IMG/VR virus record: IMGVR_UViG_3300006802_000103
Span: 1-62,674 of that record
DNA length: 62,674 nt
Reading direction: 5' to 3' (one strand)
Source: a virus
Taxonomy: Duplodnaviria; Caudoviricetes
In this document: positions 35,530 to 46,047 of the stretch, piece by piece
Layout: every line of letters begins with the position of its first letter
Numbering within the stretch: the first letter of the stretch is position 1
Program-made: the position numbers and the translations under genes
Notes under the pieces: generated by a model
Told to the model about the DNA's origin: nothing
The model's input: the letters and a program-made list of their open reading frames with translations, nothing else
Database searches by the model: none

Positions 35530-37657
35530 CGTCGGCTCGCCGATTCTGCGCTTGTTGAGAAATCGTTATCATGTTGACGATGTTGGGGACAGATGGGTTG
35601 AGTGCATACTTTTGCCAAGCCTTTCCTACAGGGTTCCCCTTCTCCATCCAGGCATCGATGACTTGGGGGGCTATCTGCTTGGTTCGCATTGCCGCAGAGA
35701 CCATAGCTGTTGTCCAGAGACCGGCGGTGTTACTGTATTCTTTGTTTCTGCCGCTGATAGCATTTGCCATCGATTGCGGCGTCCAACTGAACCGGAAGTT
35801 CGCACCACCTCTACCCTCGGCTGCGTGAGCAAGTCCTTCCTGGATACTGCGTAGCGTCTTGAATGCTTCTGGATTCTGAAAGAGAGCGTTCCAGGCGGTT
35901 TCGTCCAGCGATTCCAGCGTCTTTCCGAACTTCGCCGGATCAATTCCACGACCTGTAAATGGGCCGGATTCCTCAAGGGAGCCGGAGAAGAGTTTGCTGA
36001 TAAGTGCGTGGCGAATGTTCTTGACTTCGGTGGAGTTGGGCTGGAATAATGAAATAATGCCGATTGCGCGAGAGGTTGATTTCGCCTCATTTCCGAGGAA
36101 ATCTTTGATGAATTCCTCGGGACTATCCTGAGCGAGCAGCTTTGCGGCGGCCTTTTCGTCCGGAGTCATTTTGGCGGGGTTGAAACCCGTTTCAGTGCGA
36201 ACCTTCTCGCCCATTTCCGCATAGGCGCGTTTCTTGAATTCAATTTGCTCTAAGTTTCCACCTGTTTTCTTCGCAATTGAATCGATTTCTTTCTTCAGGG
36301 CTTCTGCTGAAGAAAGGTCAGCCTCCGCTCCCTCACGAGTTACTCGCGCACGGAAGGTCTGCTCGCTCTCCCCCGGACGTTGATAGACCGCACGTCTCTT
36401 TGTGTACAGGAGTTGGAGCATTTCCTGGTCGGCGATATTGTTGCGGATTTCCTTTTCGAGTTGTTGTCCGGCCTCGTAATTGTATGCGGAAGGCGTTTCC
36501 GCATTGTGCGCGGCGAGACGTTGGCGGAGTTCTTTCTCCTGCTCCTTCAACGCTATTCGGGTCTTGTTCTCCTCAAGTCGCTGGACGGCCTCCGCACGGC
36601 GTGCATTCCGCGCAGTCAATTTATCCTGCCCCTCGGCGGCGTTCACTCCTATTTCGGCTTCGCGAACTGCCTTTTGTGCGCGGGCGACCTTTGCACCTGC
36701 TTGGGCAGCGGGGAGTGTTTTCGCCTTTTGAATCCGAAGAGCCGTTTCGACAAGTTGCTCCTCCGGTGAGAAGACTTTTTCCCCCAGTTCAAGATGCTTG
36801 GCGGCAGGTTTTACATTTTGCATCCGCTCAGCAAGCGAGGCCCGCTGTTCGGCCTGAAAAACAGGATCGCTGTAGTGCGGATCGAGAGGATCAGTTCCGA
36901 TCTTCTCCGTTGCGACCCCGCGAGCACGTTCGTTTGCAACTCCGGGGGTCGAGTTGAGCACTTTTTGCGCGCCCTTCGCGAGGAGTCCTCCCAGAAGACC
37001 ACCACCAGCACCCCAAATTACGGCCTTGTATGGATCTTCGTTGTCAATCTTGGCTCCCGCAAGATTTGCCAGCAGCCCTGTGCCCCCGCTTGTGATGATG
37101 GGGCTCCGCTGAGCAGCGGAACCGAGAGCGTTGAGCTTTGCTCCAACAGTGCCTCCCATCTTTCGCGAGGCAGCTAACCCCAGTCCACCTGGAATCAATC
37201 CACCGAGGACTTCCGCCGTACCCTCACCGAGTGTCAGCGGTGCTTCTCCGCCTCCGGTGTAGTCATCAATCAGGTCGCCGATGAGTGTTCCAGTGAGAGC
37301 GCCCTTCCAGCCGCCACCAACCAGTCCGGCACCTCCACGAAGTACGCGACGTTTATTTCGATTTGCCTCTCCCTCGGTTGCTTTTGGAAGTACCGGAATT
37401 CCCGGCTCGCCGCCCCTCCAGTTGCGGGGACGATACGTCGGAATTTCCGCAGCGGGAGGAGGACTGAAGTAGTTCTGGAAGAACGACACATCCGTTTCGG
37501 GGATGGACGACCCTTCGATGCTGAAGGCCCGTTTTGTCGTCTGTTTGTACTTCCGCATCGCATCAGCGAGTTTTTGCCGGTCGTCTCCCTCAAATACGAG
37601 TTCCTGGTCAGGCTCATCGTCGAAGGTTGCGCGGATTTTGTATTTCGGCTCAGGCAA
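35507..37657 (-). CDS. Internal virion / DNA-ejection protein
   Basis: Gly-rich hydrophobic helices plus coiled coil; last gene of the late block. Confidence 0.6.
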   Translation of the reverse strand: MPEPKYKIRATFDDEPDQELVFEGDDRQKLADAMRKYKQTTKRAFSIEGSSIPETDVSFFQNYFSPPPAAEIPTYRPRNWRGGEPGIPVLPKATEGEANRNKRRVLRGGAGLVGGGWKGALTGTLIGDLIDDYTGGGEAPLTLGEGTAEVLGGLIPGGLGLAASRKMGGTVGAKLNALGSAAQRSPIITSGGTGLLANLAGAKIDNEDPYKAVIWGAGGGLLGGLLAKGAQKVLNSTPGVANERARGVATEKIGTDPLDPHYSDPVFQAEQRASLAERMQNVKPAAKHLELGEKVFSPEEQLVETALRIQKAKTLPAAQAGAKVARAQKAVREAEIGVNAAEGQDKLTARNARRAEAVQRLEENKTRIALKEQEKELRQRLAAHNAETPSAYNYEAGQQLEKEIRNNIADQEMLQLLYTKRRAVYQRPGESEQTFRARVTREGAEADLSSAEALKKEIDSIAKKTGGNLEQIEFKKRAYAEMGEKVRTETGFNPAKMTPDEKAAAKLLAQDSPEEFIKDFLGNEAKSTSRAIGIISLFQPNSTEVKNIRHALISKLFSGSLEESGPFTGRGIDPAKFGKTLESLDETAWNALFQNPEAFKTLRSIQEGLAHAAEGRGGANFRFSWTPQSMANAISGRNKEYSNTAGLWTTAMVSAAMRTKQIAPQVIDAWMEKGNPVGKAWQKYALNPSVPNIVNMITISQQAQNRRADATEKSKE

Positions 37658-37658
37658 T

Positions 37659-39479
37659 TTAGTTCACCGGGATGCGAATTGGGGCTTTCTTCGGAGTGGG
37701 TGTTTGGGCGGGAGCGGCGGCAGCAGTGCTCCGACTGACAGGTCGGCTTTTTGAATCCGACGGCTCCTCTCCGGTCTCCGCGCGGTACAGATCGTTGAAG
37801 ATACGTTCGGTATCTAATTCGAAGCGTAGGTTTTGCTCAAAATCTTTCCGTATTTGCTCTCGCGCCTTCGCCGTTTGTCCGCGTGCGGACATCTGCTGAT
37901 CGTACTTCTTGTAGAGGTTGTTTACCTTGTCTATCTGCTGCGCAATGGCACCGTTGGCAGAGACGAAGGACGCCTTGTCGATATCCTTCTGCTTCATATT
38001 CCACATCGCCTTTGCTGCGGCGAACTGTAGGGCGACAGTAAGGCCGAGGTTGTCCTGTGCCGCGACGGGCATCAACGAGGAGGACTGACCGAGCTTAGGG
38101 AAGAGACTCTGTAGGTACTCAAGCTCCTTATACCCAGCGCCCGCGCCAGTGATGTCGTGACGAAGTTGGTTGGCGAGCTTGAAGATTTCACTTTCTGTAA
38201 CGAGGAGCGCGCCTGGACGCCCTTCATTGGCCTTGGAGATCCAAGTGTTCAACTTAGCGCGTGTGCCTGTTCCGAATCTCCGAAGGCCGTTATCCCCATT
38301 CGCGTCGACATCGAGCATGAGGGAGGTCATGCTTTGCATCATATTATTCGTTGCGATTGCCGCGTCTCGCGTCTTCTTGAACTCCGTCACAAGACCAGGA
38401 GAAGCCATTCGGTTTTGATACTCGGGGATATTGTCCCCGTAGCTTTCTGCAAACGATTTCGAGACGACACTTCTCGCTGACGGCGAGGGCTTCGTCTTCG
38501 CCCCTGTCGGGTTGACGTAGGCGGATGCGGGCTTGGCGGGCGGTGCGGTGGGGGCTTCGGTGGGGGGAATGGCCGTCTCCGAGGGTTGTCCCCCTCCGGT
38601 TCGACGAAGGAAGTCGTCGATTACTGAGTTGGTGTCCTTCCCAGGTTGCCCGCCACGTTGGACTACGGAGGTCGATCCGCCGGGGGCCTGGACCCACTTC
38701 TGGTCTCCATTCATCATCGTTTTAACCGACCACGCGGGGGAGCGGGTGGTTACAGTTGGTCCGCTTGATCCACCACGACCTTTTCCGATATCGGAAAGGA
38801 CGCCCATCGTGCGGAGGAATTTTTCCATTCCTTCGGGAGATTGATTGGATAGGCTGGTGGCGTCGTTGTACTGGGTCGAGTGACCCTTCAAGGTTCGCGT
38901 GTACAGTTCGTTAGCTTCCGTGTACAGCTTCTGCGCTTTTAGGTTCTCGATCTGTTGTGCGATTAGCGGATCTTTCTGGCGGATTTTAGCCATCTCTGCG
39001 TCGAATTTATCGCCAGCCAGCCTGCCCTTCAGTTCCCGATCCGCCTCCCGCTGCTTCATCAAGTCCTGCGACTGTTCAAACAGCCGAAGCTGTTTCATCA
39101 AATCCGACTCTTCCGTCTTCGTCGCCGCAGTTTCCGCAGCGTACTCCTGTCGGGCGCGGTCTGCTATCTTCTCATAGTAATTCGGCCCGCCGCGTTGTGA
39201 ATCCGCCGCGCCCATTAGGAATTGGAAGATTCCCGTCCCGACCTTCGCCAGCTTACCCCGATTCGGGTCGGATTTCATCCACTTGTGGGTGAGTTCGTCC
39301 TTCCGTTTTTCAATAGGTTTCGCCGCCGCTTCCTTACGCACCCGTGCGTCCTCCAGCATGGCGAGGAGTCGGGCGCGGATCGGGTCTTGTTCCTCTTCCG
39401 GCGGCGGTCCCATCGCGGGCTGCCCCTGTTCGAGAATCGGATTCCCCTCGGTGTCGTAGCCTATGAATTGTTCTGGCAT
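37659..39479 (-). CDS. Internal virion / DNA-ejection protein
   Basis: Helical, charged; LRHDITGAG...EL..L...P motif seen in ejection proteins. Confidence 0.6.
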   Translation of the reverse strand: MPEQFIGYDTEGNPILEQGQPAMGPPPEEEQDPIRARLLAMLEDARVRKEAAAKPIEKRKDELTHKWMKSDPNRGKLAKVGTGIFQFLMGAADSQRGGPNYYEKIADRARQEYAAETAATKTEESDLMKQLRLFEQSQDLMKQREADRELKGRLAGDKFDAEMAKIRQKDPLIAQQIENLKAQKLYTEANELYTRTLKGHSTQYNDATSLSNQSPEGMEKFLRTMGVLSDIGKGRGGSSGPTVTTRSPAWSVKTMMNGDQKWVQAPGGSTSVVQRGGQPGKDTNSVIDDFLRRTGGGQPSETAIPPTEAPTAPPAKPASAYVNPTGAKTKPSPSARSVVSKSFAESYGDNIPEYQNRMASPGLVTEFKKTRDAAIATNNMMQSMTSLMLDVDANGDNGLRRFGTGTRAKLNTWISKANEGRPGALLVTESEIFKLANQLRHDITGAGAGYKELEYLQSLFPKLGQSSSLMPVAAQDNLGLTVALQFAAAKAMWNMKQKDIDKASFVSANGAIAQQIDKVNNLYKKYDQQMSARGQTAKAREQIRKDFEQNLRFELDTERIFNDLYRAETGEEPSDSKSRPVSRSTAAAAPAQTPTPKKAPIRIPVN

Positions 39480-39488
39480 TAGCGATTC

Positions 39489-41000
39489 TTACCTCGGGGC
39501 CTGGACGAAATCTTGAACCGGGCCATTGCGACCGGGGAGTTGCGAGGAATTCTGCGCGAACCGGCCTAGGATGTCGTTGGCCTGGGAGCCGATTTGTAGT
39601 GATGGGTTCGTGAACTGTTGGCCGAACCAGTTGAACCCGTTATTCATCGCCGAACCCTGAGCGCCGAGAGCGCCGAGGTACGCCTGGAGCATACTTTCGA
39701 AGTTCTGCCGACCGGCTTGTTGAGAGCCGAGTGCGAGGGTGCCGCGATTGGCCCCGGCTTGGTTAGCGAGAGTGCCCGCGCCGAGAGCGTATTGGTTCAT
39801 GTCGCGGAGTGTGTTCTGCCCGAGATTCCCGCCGCCCAACTGCGCCCCGAGGTAGTTGTTCAGAAGGCTGCCCCCGAGAGACGCGCGGCCTAGATCGGCG
39901 GCTTCTCCACCCAAACCCAAATTGCCCGCAGCGGACATTTGTCCCGTGGCGGCGCGCTGAATCTCCGGGAATAGTTGAAGTGCCGTCAGGAGTCGAGTAT
40001 TTTCGAGGCCCTGCGAACCCTCGCCGATCTTCGCCGACTGCAAGAGATCCTGGAGACCAAGCTCCTGCTGCCTCTGCATGGCATCCCGGCCAGCACCGGC
40101 TTCCGCCTGCATTGCTTGGTCCGCGAAGTCGCCCATCGCCTCATTCGACGATCCGTTCGCAACCATCGTCCCCGGCCCGCCACCGCGAGCAAGGGCTTGT
40201 CGACGCACCGCACGAGCACGTTGGCTCGCAGCGGTTCCGGCTTGGTCGCGGGACATGGCAACGGCGTCTTCCATTGAGAGGATTGGGTTCGAACCGAGCT
40301 TATCAATCGCCCGTGCCTGAGCCGCCTTCGTGAAATCCGTCGCGCCGCCGGTCTGGAAGATCGAATCCGCGTAGTTACCTGCATTCCGGAGTAAATCGGT
40401 CTGCCCGCCGAAGCGGACATCTGTCGCGGCTCGGTCCCTGAGGGCATTGGTGAAGTCCGACTGGCCCCAGTTTTCCAACATCCCCTGGCCGGTGCGGGAC
40501 ATCTGGCCCATTTCGGGCGTTTCACCATTCTGGAGACGGGAGGCGAAGTCCATCAAATTCTGTCCCGGCTGTGACCAACCGCCGCCACGGAAGATACCCT
40601 TTCCGCCGTCAGCCAGTTCACCGAAGTCGTCTAGGGAGTTGGCAATCCCGCCGCCGAAGTAGGGTTGGCCGTACTGTTCCTGAAGTCCGGGGATCTGGTC
40701 GTAAAAGCCAGAAGCGCGGTTCAGATATGGCGAAAAACCCTCGTAAAGAGGGGTCGACATGTACTCGTTCGCGCGGGCAGCGTTACCGAATACCGGATTC
40801 GTCCGATCCTGCCAGAGGCGGTTCCAGTCGTCATAACCCTGCCGACCGAAGTTGAGGTTGTTTACATACGCCCCCCGCCACCAGCCGCGATCTCGGGAGT
40901 CGGCGAAGTTGGAGAAGATGCCCGAAGTCAGGTCGGCGAGACTCAGCAGGTTGCCCATGCTAAACGGACTGGTTTGGTCTGATTTCGCGCTGTCGGCCAT
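39489..41000 (-). CDS. Internal virion / pilot-like ejection protein
   Basis: Gly/Gln/Asn/Ala-rich 503 aa; late motif upstream. Confidence 0.6.
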   Translation of the reverse strand: MADSAKSDQTSPFSMGNLLSLADLTSGIFSNFADSRDRGWWRGAYVNNLNFGRQGYDDWNRLWQDRTNPVFGNAARANEYMSTPLYEGFSPYLNRASGFYDQIPGLQEQYGQPYFGGGIANSLDDFGELADGGKGIFRGGGWSQPGQNLMDFASRLQNGETPEMGQMSRTGQGMLENWGQSDFTNALRDRAATDVRFGGQTDLLRNAGNYADSIFQTGGATDFTKAAQARAIDKLGSNPILSMEDAVAMSRDQAGTAASQRARAVRRQALARGGGPGTMVANGSSNEAMGDFADQAMQAEAGAGRDAMQRQQELGLQDLLQSAKIGEGSQGLENTRLLTALQLFPEIQRAATGQMSAAGNLGLGGEAADLGRASLGGSLLNNYLGAQLGGGNLGQNTLRDMNQYALGAGTLANQAGANRGTLALGSQQAGRQNFESMLQAYLGALGAQGSAMNNGFNWFGQQFTNPSLQIGSQANDILGRFAQNSSQLPGRNGPVQDFVQAPR

Positions 41001-41014
41001 GAAAATCCTCTACC

Positions 41015-41030
41015 CTATTGTAGCGGGAAC
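41015..41030 (-). promoter_or_regulatory. Putative late promoter GTTCCCGCTACAATAG
   Basis: Identical to 2149-2164. Confidence 0.7.
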
Positions 41031-41039
41031 TGCCTGAAC

Positions 41040-42620
41040 CTATTGATCTTCCCGTGTATTCAACGACATAATCGTCCAACTGGAGGTTCCAGTCACAGTT
41101 TGCGCCGCGAGGGTGACTGTCTCCCCCGGCTGTAGTGTTATATCGTCCTCGAACGCGAACAGCGACGACCCGGACGCGCCGATAGGCATGGAGAAGATGA
41201 TCTGTTCGTTATTCGTGATTGTACAAGTCGTCGCCGCAGTGTCGACATAGGTAGAGCTATTCGTCGACCAAGCGGTAAAACTGGGTGTTCCGACGAGAGT
41301 TGCGTTTCGGATTAGGAATAGGGTAACAGGTGTCGTATCATCGTGCGCGCCGCCCGCCGAGAGTAGGCGGACAACGGACTGATTCGCGCGGCCCCCATAG
41401 ACACGCTCGTTCCGAATCGTCATGAGGCAGTAGTAGGAAGAGGTACTGACGGCGGTCGAACTGCGCGTATACGTCATGCGCGGGCCGATTAGCTTTTGCT
41501 TTCCCTCGACAAACCCCGCGAAGGATCCGCAGGAGACGCTCACGTCCGTTGTCGAGCCACCGGAATATGCCGCCATCGTGAATGGAAAGGAGGGTTGCGA
41601 GACGCTGGTTGTCGTACTGGAGTTCGGGAAATTGATCGTATGGCAGGTTACAAAGGTGCCATTATTTCCGTCGGAAGCGGGCACCTCGACCTGGAAGGTG
41701 ATACACCCGGCCCCGAGGTATTGGATTCCGATTTGGAAAACGTTCAAATTGGTCTTTGTCAGGGTAAAGCCGGAAGGCCCGGTGCCGTCTAACTTATCCC
41801 CGTTCCAGGAGGATTGCGCTGTCCAGGTGTCAGTTGATGCAGCGCCGGACAGGGTTTCGACGTTCGATCCAACTGCCGGGGTTCCCGCGCCCGATTGTCC
41901 TAGGGTTATCAGCGCCTTCGTCCCAACATCATTCGCGAGGAAGATAACCGTTGCTCCCCGTTGCGTGGCAGTCCATCCTGGATAGGTTCCCTGCGAGATT
42001 TCATATGCCGTCTTCGTCGTAGAGCCGTTATTTGTCGCGGTTACGTTGACTGTCTGTCCCGACGGTAGGGCGATGTTGTAGTCGTTTGTCGCCGTTGACG
42101 CCGTGGTAATCGTCATCGTCTGAATTTCGCGCACGCCACCCGTGGAGCGGAGAATACCGAAGGAGGTCCCGTTGTATCCGAAATAGAAGCCCGATTCCCC
42201 TGTACCATATCCGGCGACGAGGATGGAGTTTGCAGCGGGTGCTGAGAATTTTGCGGTGAAACGACCAACAACCCCCTGCCCAGGACGGTAACGGAGACGG
42301 CGGCGCGATTGAAGAGTTCCGAAGGAGTAGATAGTTGTTCCCGTGGAGCAGGTGAAGAGGTTGCTCGCGGCGGTTGCTGTGGCGGAGTTTGCGCCGTAGC
42401 TCACAGCGAGTCCGGTTACTGCTGAAACTTCACTCGTGTTCAATCCGTATATTGGATCGCATTGGAAGATGGGGTCGAGGCTTTCTGTGTGCAGCGCGCC
42501 GAAGGGGAGTGTGGGTGAGTGGACGGCGACCTCTATATGCCCCTCGGGGGTGATTGCGACCGGACTGGTCGTTCCGTCGTCAAAGGTGCCGTCGATTGTT
42601 ACATTCTTGAAATAGGACAT
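41040..42620 (-). CDS. Tail fibre / receptor-binding-like virion protein
   Basis: Thr/Ser/Gly-rich; RYRPGQG, SSWNGDKLDGTGPSG, QYLGAG motifs. Confidence 0.7.
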   Translation of the reverse strand: MSYFKNVTIDGTFDDGTTSPVAITPEGHIEVAVHSPTLPFGALHTESLDPIFQCDPIYGLNTSEVSAVTGLAVSYGANSATATAASNLFTCSTGTTIYSFGTLQSRRRLRYRPGQGVVGRFTAKFSAPAANSILVAGYGTGESGFYFGYNGTSFGILRSTGGVREIQTMTITTASTATNDYNIALPSGQTVNVTATNNGSTTKTAYEISQGTYPGWTATQRGATVIFLANDVGTKALITLGQSGAGTPAVGSNVETLSGAASTDTWTAQSSWNGDKLDGTGPSGFTLTKTNLNVFQIGIQYLGAGCITFQVEVPASDGNNGTFVTCHTINFPNSSTTTSVSQPSFPFTMAAYSGGSTTDVSVSCGSFAGFVEGKQKLIGPRMTYTRSSTAVSTSSYYCLMTIRNERVYGGRANQSVVRLLSAGGAHDDTTPVTLFLIRNATLVGTPSFTAWSTNSSTYVDTAATTCTITNNEQIIFSMPIGASGSSLFAFEDDITLQPGETVTLAAQTVTGTSSWTIMSLNTREDQ

Positions 42621-42621
42621 C

Positions 42622-43461
42622 CTAGATAATGCTCCATTCGGTGCCGTTGTACATTACTGTTACCGAGGTGTACTGTGTAGTGATTGCGAGGGATGCCGCG
42701 CCGTCGATATTGTTCCCGTTCCCCGAAAAAGTGAGGGTATTCGCCGCGACCATCTTCTTAATCGCGTAGCTGTCGCCTGCGGTGGGTGTAGCGGGGAGGT
42801 TCACGGTGAAGGACCCCCCGGTCGTATCCCCGCAGACGAGGTAGTCGGTGGCGACAATCGTATAAGGTCCGGAGGTCTCAGTTCGGACAGGCAGGCGGAG
42901 CCGGTCGAGGTAGATTTGGGTGTTCGCCGCCGCAGTGAGGACGCCCGCCGCGCTGACTGTAAAGCTGCCGACTTGGGAAGCCGTCCCGTAGCTACCCGCA
43001 GTTACTCCAGAAGGTCCCAGGCCGGACGAAGGGATGACGGGGAGAATGGTGGTCCCGACCACGGAAGGGCTGAAATTCAAAGGAGTAACGAAGCCCGAAT
43101 TTAGCTGTGTTTGGACGAAAAAGGTGACGCGACCTGCGTGATTATTCACAAGGCGGACGACAATAGGGGACCTGCTTGTGGAAAAAGGCCCCATTGGAAT
43201 TTCGCTGAATTCCAGTCCGACGACGTACACGTTGTACTGAGAAATGTTCCGAAATCGGTCCTCCGGCTCCGTCCAGTTCAGGGTGAACGAGGTCCCACCG
43301 AGGTAGGATTCGGTTTTCACAATCCGGAGATTGGAGACGAAAGGGAGACGATAGTCGCCCCTCTGCTGCGGGGGCAGCAGAGTTCCTTCAGCCGTGTTGG
43401 TCTCATTCACAATACGGTCGACGATGAACTGGGAGACTCGATTTGGTGAGATGTTACTCAA
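42622..43461 (-). CDS. Tail fibre / adaptor-like protein
   Basis: Fn3-like N-terminus, SGVTAGSYG segment, C-terminal TVNLP..IDGA..WSII domain. Confidence 0.65.
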   Translation of the reverse strand: MSNISPNRVSQFIVDRIVNETNTAEGTLLPPQQRGDYRLPFVSNLRIVKTESYLGGTSFTLNWTEPEDRFRNISQYNVYVVGLEFSEIPMGPFSTSRSPIVVRLVNNHAGRVTFFVQTQLNSGFVTPLNFSPSVVGTTILPVIPSSGLGPSGVTAGSYGTASQVGSFTVSAAGVLTAAANTQIYLDRLRLPVRTETSGPYTIVATDYLVCGDTTGGSFTVNLPATPTAGDSYAIKKMVAANTLTFSGNGNNIDGAASLAITTQYTSVTVMYNGTEWSII

Positions 43462-43720
43462 TTTTCGGCTCCTCCAGTTGGAATAGTTCAGCGGCGGCGT
43501 GTCTTGCTTTCTTGTACGAGTTGCGGTCGACTATTCCTAGCGCCGGGTTACACTGCTCCGGGTCGGTCAGGGTAACCTTCAGCGGGCACCCCAGCATCTT
43601 CCGGATGAAGGTATCCCAGTGCATCTCGAAAGCCATTATACGTTCGACAAGGAGGTCACCGGTTGGCGGCGGGGGTTGTGCTCCTGCTGCTAGGAGAATG
43701 AAGAGAAACGGCTTCTTCAT
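43454..43720 (-). CDS. Small exported protein
   Basis: MKKPFLFILLAAGAQ signal-like N-terminus; two Cys. Confidence 0.55.
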   Translation of the reverse strand: MKKPFLFILLAAGAQPPPPTGDLLVERIMAFEMHWDTFIRKMLGCPLKVTLTDPEQCNPALGIVDRNSYKKARHAAAELFQLEEPKIE

Positions 43721-46047
43721 TACGGCCCACTTCCAGCCTCGGGTTCAAATATGAAGAGGAGGTTTTCGATTGAGATTAGATCGGGGGTCGGGGTCCGGCG
43801 CATTCCGACGGCGAACCGGTGGCCGACTCGGTTGTATTTCAACAGCCGGGTAGCATAGGCGGTTGAAATCGGGCGGCGGGAGGGGTCGTATTCCACGTTG
43901 AGTGAAATGGGAGTCGACCAGAGATCGTCCTGGTAGAGATTACAGATCGGCTCCTTATCCCCCGGGTAGAGGATGCGGTCGAACTGGATCGCATAGAGAG
44001 AGGGGTCGAGCGCGGGGGATCGGAGGGCGTTGACGTGGTTTCCGGCTGGAATGGTTAGCAGTCCGGTTACAACTTCCCAATCGATATTTTCCGCGCCGTC
44101 GATGAAGTAGTCGGTTCCGGTCTCCAAATCCGCATCTAGGTAGGCTAGTGCGGAAGTCAGAGAGGCGTCTGCATCGTCGTACATCGAGAAGATGAGATAA
44201 CGGCGGGAGGAGGTTTCGGAATTCCGGCCAGACACCAGGGAGGAAGCCCGGATCTCCCAGGGCGTATTCCAGAAGTCCATTTGCAGCACTTTCGACTTCC
44301 GGAGGTCGTAAACCCAGGCTTTCGATTCCGCCGTGTCGTCTAGGATTGCTCCGAGGACGACGATCCATTCCTTCTCATTATCCGCCCAGTACTCCAGGTT
44401 AAACTCGCAGGAAGACACAACCGCCTGTGTCGGGAGGTCGTCCCCGAGGGGGTCGCTGATAGACTGCGGTTGATCGGAATTGATGTCCCTGATGAGGCAG
44501 ACTCGATAGTCATTGGAGAGGAAGGCGACGGAACCGCCGAATCGAATTACTCCTTGTGGGTGACTCGGTGCCATTCCGATGTTTTCGTAGAGGGGCCGGA
44601 TGTTGAAAGTCTCTTTCGTCGAACCCGTGATGACGTAAGTCGTCGAATCGGTAAACGCGAATACCGCCTCCGAGGTCGCTACGATACTAATCCCAGGCTC
44701 CTGAGCACGGAAGAAGTTTCCGAAGAGTCCAGAAGGGAAGCTCTCTTCAGGGATTCCCTCGTTGAGTTCTTCCTGCGCGGAGTAGACGATGATGTTGTCG
44801 ATCCAGTACCAGTGTCGGCCTTGGTAGTAGGCAATTGGGGAACTTCTCTTGATGGCGTCGACTCCGACCACTTCGGGCGTGATCGTTGAGGGCGGGGGAG
44901 AGTTCGAGGTAAGCGAGGGTGCGATTTCCGCAGTGTCGAGGAAAGCATCGGGGATCGGGTCTTGTTCGGTCGTGCCGGAGGGGTCGGAGGGGAAATGTTT
45001 GTCCTCGTAGGTTATATCCCCTGCGCCGGTATTGGGGATTTCGTCCAGCTTGAAGAAGGTTCCGCCGCCGTCCGTGGTCCGGTAGATGCAGATGGTCGGG
45101 ACGTTGGTTGTGTCTGCCGTGCCCTGGACGGTGATTTTAGGGCAGAGGTCCGCGAAAGGGCCGGTGTTCGAAGGCGCGATGTCGGGGTTTTCTTCAACCG
45201 GCGCGCGGTTTGAGACTTGATCTGTAATGGTCTTCCAGGCGTAGGTGTAAAACCAGCCCTGGGAAACGTCGACGCGGTGGTTAGCTGCCGCCCAGCCGCT
45301 TCGGTAGAGGACCAGGGTGTCGGTATCGTGGGTGGCGGCGGTCGTGCCGTTGTATCCCCGTGTGACGGTGAATTGGTTCGCCCCTGGAGATCCCGTCACG
45401 TTCATCTGCTCATACTCGACCTGGATGACGAAGGGGTAGCCGCCGGGGAAGGAGGCGATTGAGTCGAGGGTGATCGTAGTCGTGCTGGCGTTGATCGTGC
45501 CGTTCAGTTGTCCGACTACCGCAGAGATCCGGGCAGCGGTTGTCGGGCCGAGGAGTCCCCAGGGTTTCGTGGAAGGAGTGGCCCCGGAGCCGTCGAAGAT
45601 TACGGAGCCGAGGAGTTCGCCGGTGCCGATAGCCGGGGTCCCTTTGATGTAAGCTAAACCGCGCGCCAGGGAGCATTCGTGGGGGTAGTCCGAGGCGTTC
45701 AACTGGCGGTAGCTGCCCATCGATGTCCACAAGGATGTTGTGAGGTCCATCCGTTTGTAGTACATTGCGTACTTATTCGTCGCCATGTTCCGCACGGACG
45801 CGAGGTGGAAAACCTTTTGCGGGGTTTCCATTGTCCGATAGACCCACTGGCGTTCTATCCGACCGGAGAGGGAGCTATTCGTAACCCCCAGCGTCCCCGG
45901 GCGCTTCTGTAACGCCCCGCCGTAGGTTACATAGGAGTTATGCCCCGAGCGCAGACGAGGCATGTCGGATAGGTCGTGGACGACCTTATTGTATGGAAAG
46001 TTTAGGTCGTCGAACGCCCGGGTATCGAATGCGGAGTTGGAGGGCAT
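43720..46047 (-). CDS. Tail nozzle / packaged-DNA stabilisation protein (beta-propeller)
   Basis: GALQKRPG N-terminus, IYRTTDGG..F, 775 aa; lies after the adaptors. Confidence 0.65.
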   Translation of the reverse strand: MPSNSAFDTRAFDDLNFPYNKVVHDLSDMPRLRSGHNSYVTYGGALQKRPGTLGVTNSSLSGRIERQWVYRTMETPQKVFHLASVRNMATNKYAMYYKRMDLTTSLWTSMGSYRQLNASDYPHECSLARGLAYIKGTPAIGTGELLGSVIFDGSGATPSTKPWGLLGPTTAARISAVVGQLNGTINASTTTITLDSIASFPGGYPFVIQVEYEQMNVTGSPGANQFTVTRGYNGTTAATHDTDTLVLYRSGWAAANHRVDVSQGWFYTYAWKTITDQVSNRAPVEENPDIAPSNTGPFADLCPKITVQGTADTTNVPTICIYRTTDGGGTFFKLDEIPNTGAGDITYEDKHFPSDPSGTTEQDPIPDAFLDTAEIAPSLTSNSPPPSTITPEVVGVDAIKRSSPIAYYQGRHWYWIDNIIVYSAQEELNEGIPEESFPSGLFGNFFRAQEPGISIVATSEAVFAFTDSTTYVITGSTKETFNIRPLYENIGMAPSHPQGVIRFGGSVAFLSNDYRVCLIRDINSDQPQSISDPLGDDLPTQAVVSSCEFNLEYWADNEKEWIVVLGAILDDTAESKAWVYDLRKSKVLQMDFWNTPWEIRASSLVSGRNSETSSRRYLIFSMYDDADASLTSALAYLDADLETGTDYFIDGAENIDWEVVTGLLTIPAGNHVNALRSPALDPSLYAIQFDRILYPGDKEPICNLYQDDLWSTPISLNVEYDPSRRPISTAYATRLLKYNRVGHRFAVGMRRTPTPDLISIENLLFIFEPEAGSGP